A stretch of DNA of 63,954 nt, the filler included, from Thraustochytrium aureum (lineage: Eukaryota): assembly GCA_012862495.1 (NCBI GenBank). It is 7 parts of 6 records of this genome, joined end to end, with 100 filler letters (N's around TTAATTAATTAA, not from the genome) between each part and the next. Parts side by side here need not be neighbours in the genome. Positions count along the whole stretch, not along the records: positions 1 to 19,238 come from BLSG01000086.1; positions 19,339 to 48,809 come from BLSG01000087.1; 5 more parts are not named here. One strand, 5' to 3'. Positions 12,764 to 23,932 of the stretch are shown here, piece after piece. Both the position numbers and the translations under genes were made by a program. The notes beneath the pieces were generated by a model that was not told the DNA's origin, searched no databases, and saw only the letters and a list, made by a program, of their open reading frames with translations. Position 1 is the stretch's first letter. Each line of letters starts with the position of its first letter.

Positions 12764-15700
12764 ATGCCGCCAGGAGCGCGTTCACTTGGTGTTGCAGTGT
12801 TCGTGCTGGCCAATGTGCTGGCGCCACACACAGTGCGGGCAAACTCGGCGTGCGCTGCGCATGTTGCCAAGTCTGGAGACCAGGCCAGCACGCAAGGACG
12901 CACCCTCGTGCTCGCAGCCGGCGCAACATTTCCATATCGTCTCTACCAGGACGCGATTTTTGCATACGGCTTTGAGAACAACAATGTTGAAATCACGTAC
13001 GCAGCACTCGGTAGCGGCGGGGGGAAGTGCCGCATCATGAGCTACTGTGATGTCTGCTCCCACCCCTATAAAGACACAAGCCCCGGGACCGACGTCGCGG
13101 ATCCGGCAGCTGTGGATTTCGCCGGGAGCGACTCCCTTCTCAAGCCGGGAGACTATGAGGCCTACGACGACGTGCAAATGTTGCCTTCCGTGGCTGGCGC
13201 TGTGGTCCCAATATTCAACGTGAAAGGCGTTAGCAAGCTTGTTCTCAACAGTACGGTGGTCGCGCAAATCTTTCGCCGGTGCCAAGACGAGTCAGCGCCA
13301 AGCTGCAAACCAAACTCGATCAAGTCTTGGGCGGATCCCCGAATCCTGGAGCTCAACCCGCACGCCGAAGACGCGCTTCGGCAGGCTGGGGAGATTACTG
13401 TCGTCGTTCGAGCCGATGGCAGCGGAACGACCGAGGTATTTAGACGCGCCTTGAGCCACTTCGAGGATGCCTTTGCGGACCAAGTTGGCATCTCTTCGTC
13501 GTCGATTTGGCCCAACGTCAAGGTCTTGCATGCCAATTACAACGCTGGAGTGGCCGCGACCGTGGCGAGTACGCCGGACGCGATCGGATATTCAATCCTT
13601 GCCGAGGCCAAGACACTGGATGTCGGGTTGGCCATGATGACGAAATCCTCGACGCAAGTTGGCTTTGAGATCGAGGCATCAGCTTTGAGCACCAGTCTCG
13701 CCCTCATGGAAAAGGGCCTGGACTTTGGCAACAATGGTGACTTGCCGTCGCGCCTGACAGCCAACGTTCACGGAGCGGTCGGCTCTGGAGCCTGGCCAAT
13801 AGCATCGTACACTTACTTTGTCGTTCGGATGCGAACGACGCGCATTGGAGGGTCTTGCGCAGGTCGCGCAGCGCTTTTGAAGTTCTTGGAGTGGTTCTAC
13901 AGCAGCGAGGTTGTCGAGACACTCGCTGAGCGCCGAGGCTTTGCCGTGCTTCCGTCTGAAGTCCGCAACGTGGTCCTGGACAAAGTTCGGAGCGGGCTCT
14001 CGTGCAATGGACAGTTGCTCTTTTCGAACCCGGAACGAGTCCCGCTCATACTCCAGACTAGCAGCCTTCTAGAACCCCCAATGAGCATTCTGGCGACTGC
14101 ATATGGCGTTCTTGATTCCAAGACATCTCTCACGTTATCGGCACAAGAGGAAATGACGGTGAGCGAGCTCGCGAAGGTAGAGGGACTCGGGTCGGCGCCG
14201 TTCAGTAGTCCAAAGCTGCGCCTCGGCTTTCGCGAGACGTGGGCAGACGCAGCGCAACTGGAGAAGGATGGGGCGCTGCACATTCTTCCGCTCGTTGGTG
14301 TCGCTTGGGGCGTTTTGTTCAGTGTCTGCGGCGCGACCAACACGTCGTGCCAACAGGCAGAACTTGAAGTCACGTTGACACCAGATGGCCTTATTGGTCT
14401 CCTTACGGGGCAAGTTCTCTTCTGGGACGATCCCGCAATCGTAGCCACAACCGTAAGCGGCTCGGTGGTGGTCTTCCCTCACGAGAGCATCGTGTTCGTG
14501 CGCGCCACGGACGACATTGCACAATCCTGGGAAGCTCGCCTTGTCAGCCGATTGCGCGACCTCGGTGCTGACTTGAGCGTGACGAGCTTGCGCCGCGGCG
14601 ACGTCATCGTGGAGAAAGTTGACCATGCTAAGGCGCACGTGCACGCCACGCCATGGGCGCTCACTGTCGGGCCAATCGTTGGCCCGACTCACCTCCCTTG
14701 GCCTCCTTGCCCGCATTCGCGTGGACGAGGCTCCCGGGATCGCGCTGAGCGCGGAGACGATCCTTTCGGGAGAGTACCCCTTCGTAGCTGAGATTGCCGC
14801 GGCCTTCCCGATCGCCTTCGCCGGCCCAGAGTGCGAAAGCTTGGCGAAGACGCCTTGATTTCCGTGGGGCAGCGATTCGGCCGGCTCGTGTTCTGGCTCT
14901 TGGACAGTGCCACCCTCGCCGCACCACTCTCGCACGACAACATGGCATACTTGCCACTGCGAAACGCGTCCACGCTGGAGGCTGCAGAGAGAAGCCGGAT
15001 AGGCGTCAAGTGCGGGGGGATGAGCGTGATGCGCCCGGAGCACAAGCTCTCGACCCTCCCTCCTGCGGGGAAAATTGCTTTGCTGACAGCAATGACCGTG
15101 TTCCAGGCAGCGACACTTGGAGTGGCCTACGTCGTGGTCCAAAACCGCAGAACGGCCGTCATCCGACTCTCTACATGGACTTTCCTTGTCCAGATTTTGG
15201 CCGGGACGATAATTTCTTCGCTGTCGATTGTGCCTATCGTTCAGGACGACTCGGGGCTATTTGATAGCGTTGGGGACTATGCCGTCAGCCAAGAGGAGAT
15301 TGAGGCAGCGCTTGCGCACCTCGACACCGGCTGCACCTTGCTCCCTGTGCTTTTCTTTGTTGGGTACGCGATGGTCTTCTGCCCTCTGCTTCTGAAGACT
15401 TGGCGGATCAACAAGTACTGGCAACAAGCCACGAATCGCACCCGGCATCAAGTCAGCATCCCGACCTCGGTGCTTATCAAGTACGAGGTGGGGATAATTG
15501 GCACCGTTGTCCTGATTCTCGTACTTTGGAGTGCACGAGACCCGCTTCGCTGGGAGCGCGAGGTGCTGGCGGTAGACACGCTCACGGGCCGCCCCATCGA
15601 GTCCGTCGGGCGGTGCGTGTCCAGCTCGGCCATGAGTTACTTGGTGCCGCTCTTGTGCTTTGTGATTTTGACCTTGTTTGCGGGCACGTACCTCGCATTC

Positions 15701-16225
15701 AAGGGTCGAAAGGTGGCTGTTGCCTTTGCCGAGGGCAAGTGGATTGCGCTCGCACTGGCGAACTACCTCGAGTGCTTCGTCCTATGCCTGCCGATCTTGA
15801 TTCTGACAAGGGAGACCGCCGCAGCAGACAGCGCTGTCAAGGCAAGCTTTGTACTCCTCGTAAACACAGGAACCGTGGCAATCATCTTTGGCCCGAAACT
15901 GTTCATCATGGCGCAAGATCCAGACGGCAACATGTCGGGGGGTGCCAACGGGTGGAGCCAAACGCCTTCGAATCGGGGGAATGGTGAACTTCCGCAACAC
16001 GCGGCAGGGAAGCAAGGCCCTCGCGCGGGGCGGCGCGCTAAAGCGATGCAGCGCGTCGTACCAACGTCAGTTGCGCGCAGTTCCGTAGGAGGCGAGGTCG
16101 CCGCATTGAGTGCAGTGAGCACATTTTGCATCGAGGACAACGATGCAGAAGCAGAGGACCAGTTTGAGTCGAGCAGAGGCCATTTCGATGCCGCAAGCGA
16201 AAGAAGACGCCAGATGGCCTTTTGA
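12764..16225 (+). CDS. PstS-like phosphate-binding domain(s) fused to a class C (7tm_3-like) GPCR; two frameshifts near 14690 and 14850
   Basis: Signal peptide, then PstS motifs AAGATFP, YAALGSGGG, VDFAGSD, VVVRADGSGTT, AIGYS, GAWPIASYTY. A second degenerate PBP domain follows (LLTGQVLFWDDPAI, EYPFV). Seven hydrophobic segments carry class C motifs GYAMVFCPLLLKTWRI, FAEGKWI and IFGPKL. Confidence 0.8.
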
Positions 16226-16290
16226 AGAGAAAGAGCTTGTGCACGTGGAGCTGCGCCAGATGGCCTTTGAGAGAAGAGCTTGTGCACGTG
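16208..16290 (+). repeat. Imperfect ~40-bp direct duplication spanning the GPCR stop codon
   Basis: cgccagatggccttttgaagagaaagagcttgtgcacgtg (16208-16247) and cgccagatggcctttgagagaagagcttgtgcacgtg (16254-16290). Confidence 0.85.
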
Positions 16291-17471
16291 TTGCTGTGGC
16301 GGTGTAAATTACCCGCACGTCTTTTGGTCTTCCGCAAACCAGATAGATGGGTTTGCCAGTAGAGTAGATTAGTAGGTAGAGAGCACTCAAGTACTCTGTT
16401 CGAGCATGTACATTCATACTACAGCTTTATCAGCACACAAGTTGCCAAGCTGCGTCCTGCAAACGCTGCCAGTCCTCCAGAATCGGGCAGTTCACAACGT
16501 CGCTGATTTCATGATCTCAGGACTCGCTTTGTCGTACTAGCTCTAGAGCAACGCCAGGACCACCTTTTTCATCAAGAAACAACCGAGACACTTCTGCGCG
16601 NNNNNNNNNNNNNNNNNNNNNNNNNNNNNNNNNNNNNNNNNNNNNNNNNNNNNNNNNNNNNNNNNNNNNNNNNNNNNNNNNNNNNNNNNNNNNNNNNNNN
16701 NNNNNNNNNNNNNNNNNNNNNNNNNNNNNNNNNNNNNNNNNNNNNNNNNNNNNNNNNNNNNNNNNNNNNNNNNNNNNNNNNNNNNNNNNNNNNNNNNNNN
16801 NNNNNNNNNNNNNNNNNNNNNNNNNNNNNNNNNNNNNNNNNNNNNNNNNNNNNNNNNNNNNNNNNNNNNNNNNNNNNNNNNNNNNNNNNNNNNNNNNNNN
16901 NNNNNNNNNNNNNNNNNNNNNNNNNNNNNNNNNNNNNNNNNNNNNNNNNNNNNNNNNNNACCACACCATCAAGGGGGCTCTCGGCGACCCCAAGCTTGGC
17001 CGACGACACCGCATGCGGCGCGCTCACCGGAGCGGACTAGTTCTGTCCTTGAGGAGCCGTCTGAGTGGCATCACGGCGAGAGCATGGCGCATTTCTCGCC
17101 AAGCCCGAACACCGCGGAGTCTGGCGCAGACGATGAAGACGCGCCGCTCTTCCTGCACGAGCACCCCGAACCTGCCAGGCGCGTCTCTCGCTGACACCGC
17201 CACCGAGCTCTGGCTCGCACTTTCGCTGTTGATGACGCGCTGCGGCTGTGTCGTTTTTGCTGGTCGATGGCCAGCGTGGTGTCCCGGAAAACCAAGCGAG
17301 CCCCCTTGCGTCTATCGCAATGGCCTTGGTTGAGCTGATACGGCGCTCATACGGAGCAAGGATGGGTTTGCGCGCAAGGCAAGCGTACCGGCGGAGAGCA
17401 ACAAACAAAACACACTGGTTTTCAACCTCGAGGCGCCACGCCTCGAGGCACTCTACGCTGCGGCCTCGTCG

Positions 17472-19223
17472 TCACTTCGCTGCGGAAAAGAGGCGCGAAA
17501 AGAGCGACATGGGTTCGGCGTCGCGTGGCACAGGGGTGCAGGGCTCTTGCGCTTGGTCGCGCGGCGCCTTCGCGCTCTCTGAAGCTTTCAGCCATGGGTG
17601 CAACAGGGCTTGGTCGACTGTCAGCCGGAGCTCTGGGCTGACCTGCAGCATGCGTTGCACAAAGTCAAGGGCCTCCGGCGAAAGGTGCGCCCAGTCCATC
17701 TCGTAGCGAAAGGGCGAGTTGGAGGAAGCCGAGTAGTCGGCAATTGTAAAGTCGCGCCACTGCTTGGCTTGGAGCTGAGGAAAGGGCAGATACCCTTGCA
17801 GCAGCACAAAAGCAATCACGCCGATGGACCACATGTCAGATCTGTCGCTAAACATGCACTGTAGCACGACCTCTGGAGCAGCGTAGCTCGGGCTGCCGAC
17901 GGGCCGACGCAGCTGCGCACTAGGCACGCCGAGCGTGCGCATCGACGGCGCCCCCGACGAGGCTATTGGGAGGTCGCGCGAGTGGCCAAAGTCGATCAGC
18001 ACGAGGTCTTCGGGGTCCAGCGCCTCGCCAGGCCGCCGACGCATGACATTTTCGAGCTTGATGTCCAGGTGCGCCACCCCTTGGTGGTGACAAGCGCCCA
18101 CAACGGAAAGGATGCTGCGGATCGCCTCACGCGCCTCGTGCTCAGCGCGTGGCTCAAAGTCAGTCTCGTTCAGGAAAGCAAACAAGTCGCCGCCCTTGCA
18201 AAGCTCGGTCACGATGTGAATATTGATGGGCGACTCAAAGCTCTCGACAAAGTGGATCATGTTCGGGTGAGGCCGCAGCCGGCGCATAACAGCGGCTTCG
18301 TTCCGCACAGACCCAATATCCTCCTTTTTCCAAAGCTTTTGGAATTTGTTGCACGTCTTGACCGCGAGCACCTCTCCGGTGGACCTTTCGACGGCCGTTC
18401 GAACCACGCCCTGGCGACCTTCACCGAGCAACCCGGCCTTGGTGAGGTCGATCGAGAAGCGCTCGCACATTTGCGGCGACCTGATTTCCTGCAAGGAAGA
18501 GGCGACCTGCGCTTTTAGCCGCTCGATGCCCTCTGAGCAGCGGCGGCGCTCCTCGAGGATCTCGTGGGCGCGCTGCCGCAGGCCTCCCTCGCCGCGGCGC
18601 TTGCCGCCGTGGCGCACGGGCTTGCCCTCCTCTCGCACGCGCTTACCTGCGTGCAAGGAGCTCAGGGGTGCAGCGGAGCGGGCCTCCTCCGCGCCGGCGA
18701 TCGCGTTCGAGGCAAACATGTCGATCCCCGTCCTGCTGAACAAGCACTTGCCGCGCAGCGAGGAAGCGTCAGGTTGCGAGGTTTGGGCGAGCCGGCGCCA
18801 GCCAGTTTCCTCGTCGGCGACCGTAATAGAGGGAAGGACCATAGCTTTGAGCGTGAGCGACTCTGCACGAGCTAGCCTTCGCTGCGGGTGCTTCCATGCC
18901 GCGCCGTTCTCGTCGCAGACCGAAATCGAGGGCACGACGACGCCGTCAAGACAAGCTGGCCTCCCGATCTGGCTTATCGTGTCGCTCAAAGACAGCTCGC
19001 GCGGTACGCTGTAGCCCAGTGCGATGCTTTCGCGCCACGCGTTTTCCTCTGCGTCGGCGTCAGACAGCGACATGGACCTCGACGTCGCCCGTTGTGGCCC
19101 TTGCGCCAGCCCTGTTGCGTTCTGCGAGGTTCGATCCGAAACAGCAGCGACGCTGCCAAGCTTGCGTGCGGCGGCGTACCGACCTGAGCGCCGCAGCATC
19201 CTAGCCACACGCAGCGCGACCAT
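17472..19223 (-). CDS. Ser/Thr protein kinase, CAMK/CDPK-like catalytic domain with long N-terminal extension and no EF hands
   Basis: GEGRQG, LAVK, ELCKGGDLF, HLDIKLEN, DFG, GSPSYAAPE, SDMWSIG and HPWL motifs. Confidence 0.9.
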   Translation of the reverse strand: MVALRVARMLRRSGRYAAARKLGSVAAVSDRTSQNATGLAQGPQRATSRSMSLSDADAEENAWRESIALGYSVPRELSLSDTISQIGRPACLDGVVVPSISVCDENGAAWKHPQRRLARAESLTLKAMVLPSITVADEETGWRRLAQTSQPDASSLRGKCLFSRTGIDMFASNAIAGAEEARSAAPLSSLHAGKRVREEGKPVRHGGKRRGEGGLRQRAHEILEERRRCSEGIERLKAQVASSLQEIRSPQMCERFSIDLTKAGLLGEGRQGVVRTAVERSTGEVLAVKTCNKFQKLWKKEDIGSVRNEAAVMRRLRPHPNMIHFVESFESPINIHIVTELCKGGDLFAFLNETDFEPRAEHEAREAIRSILSVVGACHHQGVAHLDIKLENVMRRRPGEALDPEDLVLIDFGHSRDLPIASSGAPSMRTLGVPSAQLRRPVGSPSYAAPEVVLQCMFSDRSDMWSIGVIAFVLLQGYLPFPQLQAKQWRDFTIADYSASSNSPFRYEMDWAHLSPEALDFVQRMLQVSPELRLTVDQALLHPWLKASESAKAPRDQAQEPCTPVPRDAEPMSLFSRLFSAAK

Positions 19224-19282
19224 TTTGCTGGCGCAGACNNNNNNNNNNNNNNNNNNNNNNNNNNNNNNNNNNNNNNNNNNNN

Positions 19283-19294
19283 TTAATTAATTAA
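19283..19294. other. Artificial contig spacer (TTAATTAATTAA, stops in six frames, flanked by Ns)
   Basis: The identical N-flanked 12-mer recurs at 48854, 55173, 59164, 60518 and 62872. Confidence 0.97.
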
Positions 19295-19338
19295 NNNNNN
19301 NNNNNNNNNNNNNNNNNNNNNNNNNNNNNNNNNNNNNN

Positions 19339-20166
19339 CGCTACACCGGTCAAAGCCCCGGTCCCCGTCTCGTCGCCCGCGCGCTCCGCGCAGCGGTCCC
19401 GAGCGCCTGCCACAAAGGCGCCTTCCGGCGGGACCCCAAAAGCGGCGCAGCGCAGCAAGATCCAGGCCCCCTCGAGCGCGGCGCGCGCTGTTCGCAAGCA
19501 GTGGGACGACCCTGCCGCGGACCCGGTGCGCGTTGGCGCGCGCGCCGACCGCGAGCCGCTGCAAGCCAACAACGCCGTCAACGGGGAGTCGCAGCAGAAT
19601 CGCTCGCGCGCTGCCGGTAAGCAAAGCGCCCCGAGCCAGCGCCAAGGGAGCAACAACCGGGAGGAGGAGGACCTGGACCTGGACCAGCAGGAGGACGAGG
19701 TTGTTCCTCGCGGCCATCAGCACCGCAGCAAGCCATCGGAAGGCCGCTCGGAGCGAAAGGCGAGCTTTGGGCGGGGTAGTCGGTCTCGCGAGCCGCAGAA
19801 TGCCGACATGGAGAGCGACGGGACCGACCACGCCAGCAACGAGGAGACAAGGGCGATGGCGGCGAGGCGCTGAATTTTCAGGACGTTGTGCGTCAGCTCG
19901 TCGACATGGAGGAGGAGCTCCTCAGTGCCCACATGAAGGCGATCCAGAAAAACGCAGACCTGCTCACCGAGGAGGGCGTTTTGCTCAGCAAGGTCCAGGG
20001 GAGCGACGTCGTTGACTATGACATTGACGAGTACGCGTCTCGCCTGGACAAGATCATTGACTCGAAGGTGCGAATGTTCACCGACCTGCAGGGCGTGCTG
20101 CGCCGTTTCCGCAAGCACTTGGCCCTCGACCACGTTGCCTCGAACGTGATCGAGGGCGGTCCTTGA
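19339..20166 (+). CDS. Kinesin-13-like C-terminal region (5' truncated by contig edge, frameshift near 19845)
   Basis: LVDMEEELLSAHMKAIQKNADLLTEEGVLLSKVQ...DIDEYASRLDKIIDSK...LQGVLRRFRKHL resembles the conserved C-terminal helical tail of plant/protist kinesin-13. The motor domain is not in the window. Confidence 0.7.
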
Positions 20167-20779
20167 GCGCCCGTGTTACCCGCTGGCCGCATTGATTGAT
20201 GCATTCTGCAAAAGTTGATGGACTGCTTTGCTTGTACACCTACGTCGATTTAGAAGAGAGAAAAGCAGCGACAGACAGAGTCGCACAGACTGGCGTTGCC
20301 TGATTAGGTACTCTACACCTCCCTTGATTCCAGTAACGACCGCACGCCTTGGAACTTGCGCATCGCGCAACCTTGTCGAGGTTTCGAGCGGCACAAGGCA
20401 CGGTGTTCAAGTACGGTCGTGCTTCAGCGCTCACGGCCACTTGAGGATCGTGCCCTTTTCGCTACCGCCACATGTACATAGCGGCGCGCGCTGTGCAGGG
20501 CCGCCGTTGAGGCTCTCGCGGCTATTAATGCAAGGACGTGCTGGGAAGGTGGCCTGCACGGGAACCACCGCAGCCGAAACACAGTCCAGGCAGCCGTTGA
20601 GGCTCTCGTGGCCATTCGTTCGTGCCAGGACGGTGGCCCGGTTGATGCACAGGCACTTTGCATTTTGTTTGCGCGCATTTTGCATTTTGCACGCTCTTCC
20701 TCGCGCCCCTGCGGGGCTCTGCTGATGCAGGAAACCAGCTTTCGCCACTCAGGCCTTTCATTTTATGGTGTTGCTGTTC

Positions 20780-23700
20780 TTATGCGCCAGTGGCGCGTCG
20801 CGCAAAGGCTTCCCAGGCCCAAGATGCCGCAGTGTCAGCCGCCAAAATGGCGAGCAGTTTGTCGCGATACCCGCCGTCCGTTGGGATGGCGACCAGCTCA
20901 AACTGGTCGCCGAGCCCTGGAACTACGTCTGCGGCCATTGCGATGCAGAGAACCCAGGTACTGCCCAGCACGCGGTGGAAGGCTTTGTTGTCCCGCAGCG
21001 ACTGCATGAAAGGCGCCCCGCGGTAGTTGGCACCAAATATGTTGCACTGGATGCAGAGCGCAACAAGGAAAACCGCGCTGTTGATCAAGTTGGGCTTGAA
21101 CGCTGCGTCAGGCTGCATCTCCTCGGCCGCCTCGTCAACGAGGGGCTGCGTGATCGTGAGGACGCCCAGCAGCGCCGCAAAGTGCACGACGAGCTGGCCT
21201 GCGAGCGAGACCATGACCGGCACGCAAAAGACGCGGGCAACGGGGCGCTCCGCCGACAGCTCCTCGAGTGGCTCNNNNNNNNNNNNNNNNNNNNNNNNNN
21301 NNNNNNNNNNNNNNNNNNNNNNNNNNNNNNNNNNNNNNNNNNNNNNNNNNNNNNNNNNNNNNNNNNNNNNNNNNNNNNNNNNNNNNNNNNNNNNNNNNNN
21401 NNNNNNNNNNNNNNNNNNNNNNNNNNNNNNNNNNNNNNNNNNNNNNNNNNNNNNNNNNNNNNNNNNNNNNNNNNNNNNNNNNNNNNNNNNNNNNNNNNNN
21501 NNNNNNNNNNNNNNNNNNNNNNNNNNNNNNNNNNNNNNNNNNNNNNNNNNNNNNNNNNNNNNNNNNNNNNNNNNNNNNNNNNNNNNNNNNNNNNNNNNNN
21601 NNNNNNNNNNNNNNNNNNNNNNNNNNNNNNNNNNNNNNNNNNNNNNNNNNNNNNNNNNNNNNNNNNNNNNNNNNNNNNNNNNNNNNNNNNNNNNNNNNNN
21701 NNNNNNNNNNNNNNNNNNNNNNNNNNNNNNNNNNNNNNNNNNNNNNNNNNNNNNNNNNNNNNNNNNNNNNNNNNNNNNNNNNNNNNNNNNNNNNNNNNNN
21801 NNNNNNNNNNNNNNNNNNNNNNNNNNNNNNNNNNNNNNNNNNNNNNNNNNNNNNNNNNNNNNNNNNNNNNNNNNNNNNNNNNNNNNNNNNNNNNNNNNNN
21901 NNNNNNNNNNNNNNNNNNNNNNNNNNNNNNNNNNNNNNNNNNNNNNNNNNNNNNNNNNNNNNNNNNNNNNNNNNNNNNNNNNNNNNNNNNNNNNNNNNNN
22001 NNNNNNNNNNNNNNNNNNNNNNNNNNNNNNNNNNNNNNNNNNNNNNNNNNNNNNNNNNNNNNNNNNNNNNNNNNNNNNNNNNNNNNNNNNNNNNNNNNNN
22101 NNCGTGAGGCCGGCCTCTGCGTCGTGGCGTTCCATGCGCTCAATCTCGCTCATCGAGGTCTTGACTGGGAGCTCCTTGTAGGCGAGCGCAAGCACCCGCG
22201 CACCGCGCATCATGAGCGACTGGTACGCCTGGCGATAGTGGGCCGGCACTGCGGCGAGGTGCGGCTCGAGCACTTCGGGGGCGCCCTTGCACGTCAGGTA
22301 CAGCGCGTTGGGGTACGCGGCCACGCTGCCGAGCGCCGCGTCCTTGCGGAGGTCGTCCACGAACACGAATGCGCTCATGCGCTTGAGCGTCGAGCTGAAC
22401 GGGTGCCGGTGCACGATGCGCAGCTGCTCTTTCCGAGCGCCGGCGGCAGCGTTGCGGCGGATCATGCGGCCGTCGCGCGTCATGCCCCACTTGATCGAGC
22501 GCACGGCGGCCTGCTCCATGGGGTCGCCATCTACCTTGTTGCTGAGGCGCACGAGCTGGTGGCAGCCGGCAATGACAAAGGTGGCCTCCGGGGAGAGCTG
22601 GTCGGGCTCGGTGAGCTCGTGCGGGCGCGCCAGGTCGGTAGCGACGCCCTTGACGATGTACCGGTCGCTCGTCAACGTCCCGGTCTTGTCAAAGCAGCAG
22701 ATGTCGAGGCGACCGGCCAGCGGGATGCGGTACGGCTCGGTGCAGAAAATGGCCAGCTTGTGCAGTCGCGCCAGCGAGGTGTTTACGGCCAGCGAGAGCT
22801 CCATGGGGAGCTCGGGCGGAACCACGGACGTTACGATCATCGTGCAGTGCAAAAACAGCTTCCAGCGCGATTGCTTTTCGTTCTTGAGGCCCTCGATCAT
22901 GACGTACACGGATGCGAAAACAGCAAACACGAGCAGCACGCCGATAAACAGATACGACTCGGCGTTGTCCACGGTGACGCGCTCTGTGCTGAACAGAATT
23001 GTGCGCATCAGCGAGCCCTGGCTCGTGGCGAAGCCTGTTCGCAGCACAAAGCAGATGCAGCCCTGGTCGGGCGGCTCGGGGATCTCGCCATCGGCGCCGC
23101 GCCCTGCGGTTGCATGCTGGATCACGCGGGTGCCACCAAGCACGACGTGCTGTGCGAACGCGTCGTCGTGCATGTCGAGCGCGCTAGCGCTGAGCGAGGG
23201 GTTCCCGTGCACCGCGGCTTGAACCGATTCTTTCATCTTGGGCACCGACTCACCGGTGAGCATGGCCTCGTTGACGATGCACGACCCGCGCAGCAACAAC
23301 ACGTCGCAGGGCATCAGGAGCTCGTCGTCGTCGCCGCCCATGACACCAGCAGCGCTGGCCTTGGTGACGCGTAGCACTGAACAAATGTCCCCGGGGACGA
23401 GCTCGCTCGTGAGTATGCGGTACCACTTTGCGCCACGGAACACAAAGACCGGGAACGCGGGGCGGCGCATGTTGCGAAGCGTGCCCAGGCTCTGCTGGCG
23501 CTGCTTGCAAACGGTGAGCTCGAACAGGACCAGCATGATCAGCGTGAACACAGAGTAGTACCAGTATTCGTCCAGGCACCACAGGGCAACGCAGAGCACC
23601 TGAAAGATGAAGAAGGGCGCCAGGGCGTGCTCGGTGAACAGCTCCTGCATCGAGGGGAATGGGATGTCAAACTCGTTCTTGCCCCACTTGCCAGTCGCCC

Positions 23701-23932
23701 GCGTCAGGTCGAGCTGCGTGCCGTGCCCGCGCCAGGCCAGATACTTGCCGAGCGCGAGCCTTGTCGGGCAGTCAAACTTGCGCACGGGCTCGTCCGCGCT
23801 GCCGGTCCAGCCGAACTTTTCCCGCTGGAATTCAAACCAGAACGCTGGCAATCGCACGTCAACCTCTGCCGCCTCAGCGCCGCCAGGCGCCGGCGCTTTG
23901 TCCAGCCGCTTGAGCGCGCAAATGTCGGGGTT
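20780..23932 (-). CDS. ATP13A1: P5A-type P-ATPase (ATP13A1/Spf1), partial with internal and 5' N gaps
   Basis: PFFIFQVLCVALWCLDEYWYYS, NEAMLTGESVP, TSVVPPELPMEL, CTEPYRIPLAG, CFDKTGTLT, KGAPE and NYRGAPFM. Confidence 0.92.
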   Translation of the reverse strand, partial: NPDICALKRLDKAPAPGGAEAAEVDVRLPAFWFEFQREKFGWTGSADEPVRKFDCPTRLALGKYLAWRGHGTQLDLTRATGKWGKNEFDIPFPSMQELFTEHALAPFFIFQVLCVALWCLDEYWYYSVFTLIMLVLFELTVCKQRQQSLGTLRNMRRPAFPVFVFRGAKWYRILTSELVPGDICSVLRVTKASAAGVMGGDDDELLMPCDVLLLRGSCIVNEAMLTGESVPKMKESVQAAVHGNPSLSASALDMHDDAFAQHVVLGGTRVIQHATAGRGADGEIPEPPDQGCICFVLRTGFATSQGSLMRTILFSTERVTVDNAESYLFIGVLLVFAVFASVYVMIEGLKNEKQSRWKLFLHCTMIVTSVVPPELPMELSLAVNTSLARLHKLAIFCTEPYRIPLAGRLDICCFDKTGTLTSDRYIVKGVATDLARPHELTEPDQLSPEATFVIAGCHQLVRLSNKVDGDPMEQAAVRSIKWGMTRDGRMIRRNAAAGARKEQLRIVHRHPFSSTLKRMSAFVFVDDLRKDAALGSVAAYPNALYLTCKGAPEVLEPHLAAVPAHYRQAYQSLMMRGARVLALAYKELPVKTSMSEIERMERHDAEAGLTXXXXXXXXXXXXXXXXXXXXXXXXXXXXXXXXXXXXXXXXXXXXXXXXXXXXXXXXXXXXXXXXXXXXXXXXXXXXXXXXXXXXXXXXXXXXXXXXXXXXXXXXXXXXXXXXXXXXXXXXXXXXXXXXXXXXXXXXXXXXXXXXXXXXXXXXXXXXXXXXXXXXXXXXXXXXXXXXXXXXXXXXXXXXXXXXXXXXXXXXXXXXXXXXXXXXXXXXXXXXXXXXXXXXXXXXXXXXXXXXXXXXXXXXXXXXXXXXXXXXXXXXXXXXXXXXXXXXEPLEELSAERPVARVFCVPVMVSLAGQLVVHFAALLGVLTITQPLVDEAAEEMQPDAAFKPNLINSAVFLVALCIQCNIFGANYRGAPFMQSLRDNKAFHRVLGSTWVLCIAMAADVVPGLGDQFELVAIPTDGGYRDKLLAILAADTAASWAWEAFARRATGA

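Noticed and set aside
20500..20615. Short direct repeat gccgttgaggctctcg (two copies); also 12-bp agcacgaacagc repeats near 48575-48610
   Set aside because: Too short and too few, with no transposon ends or spacer structure; likely local slippage.
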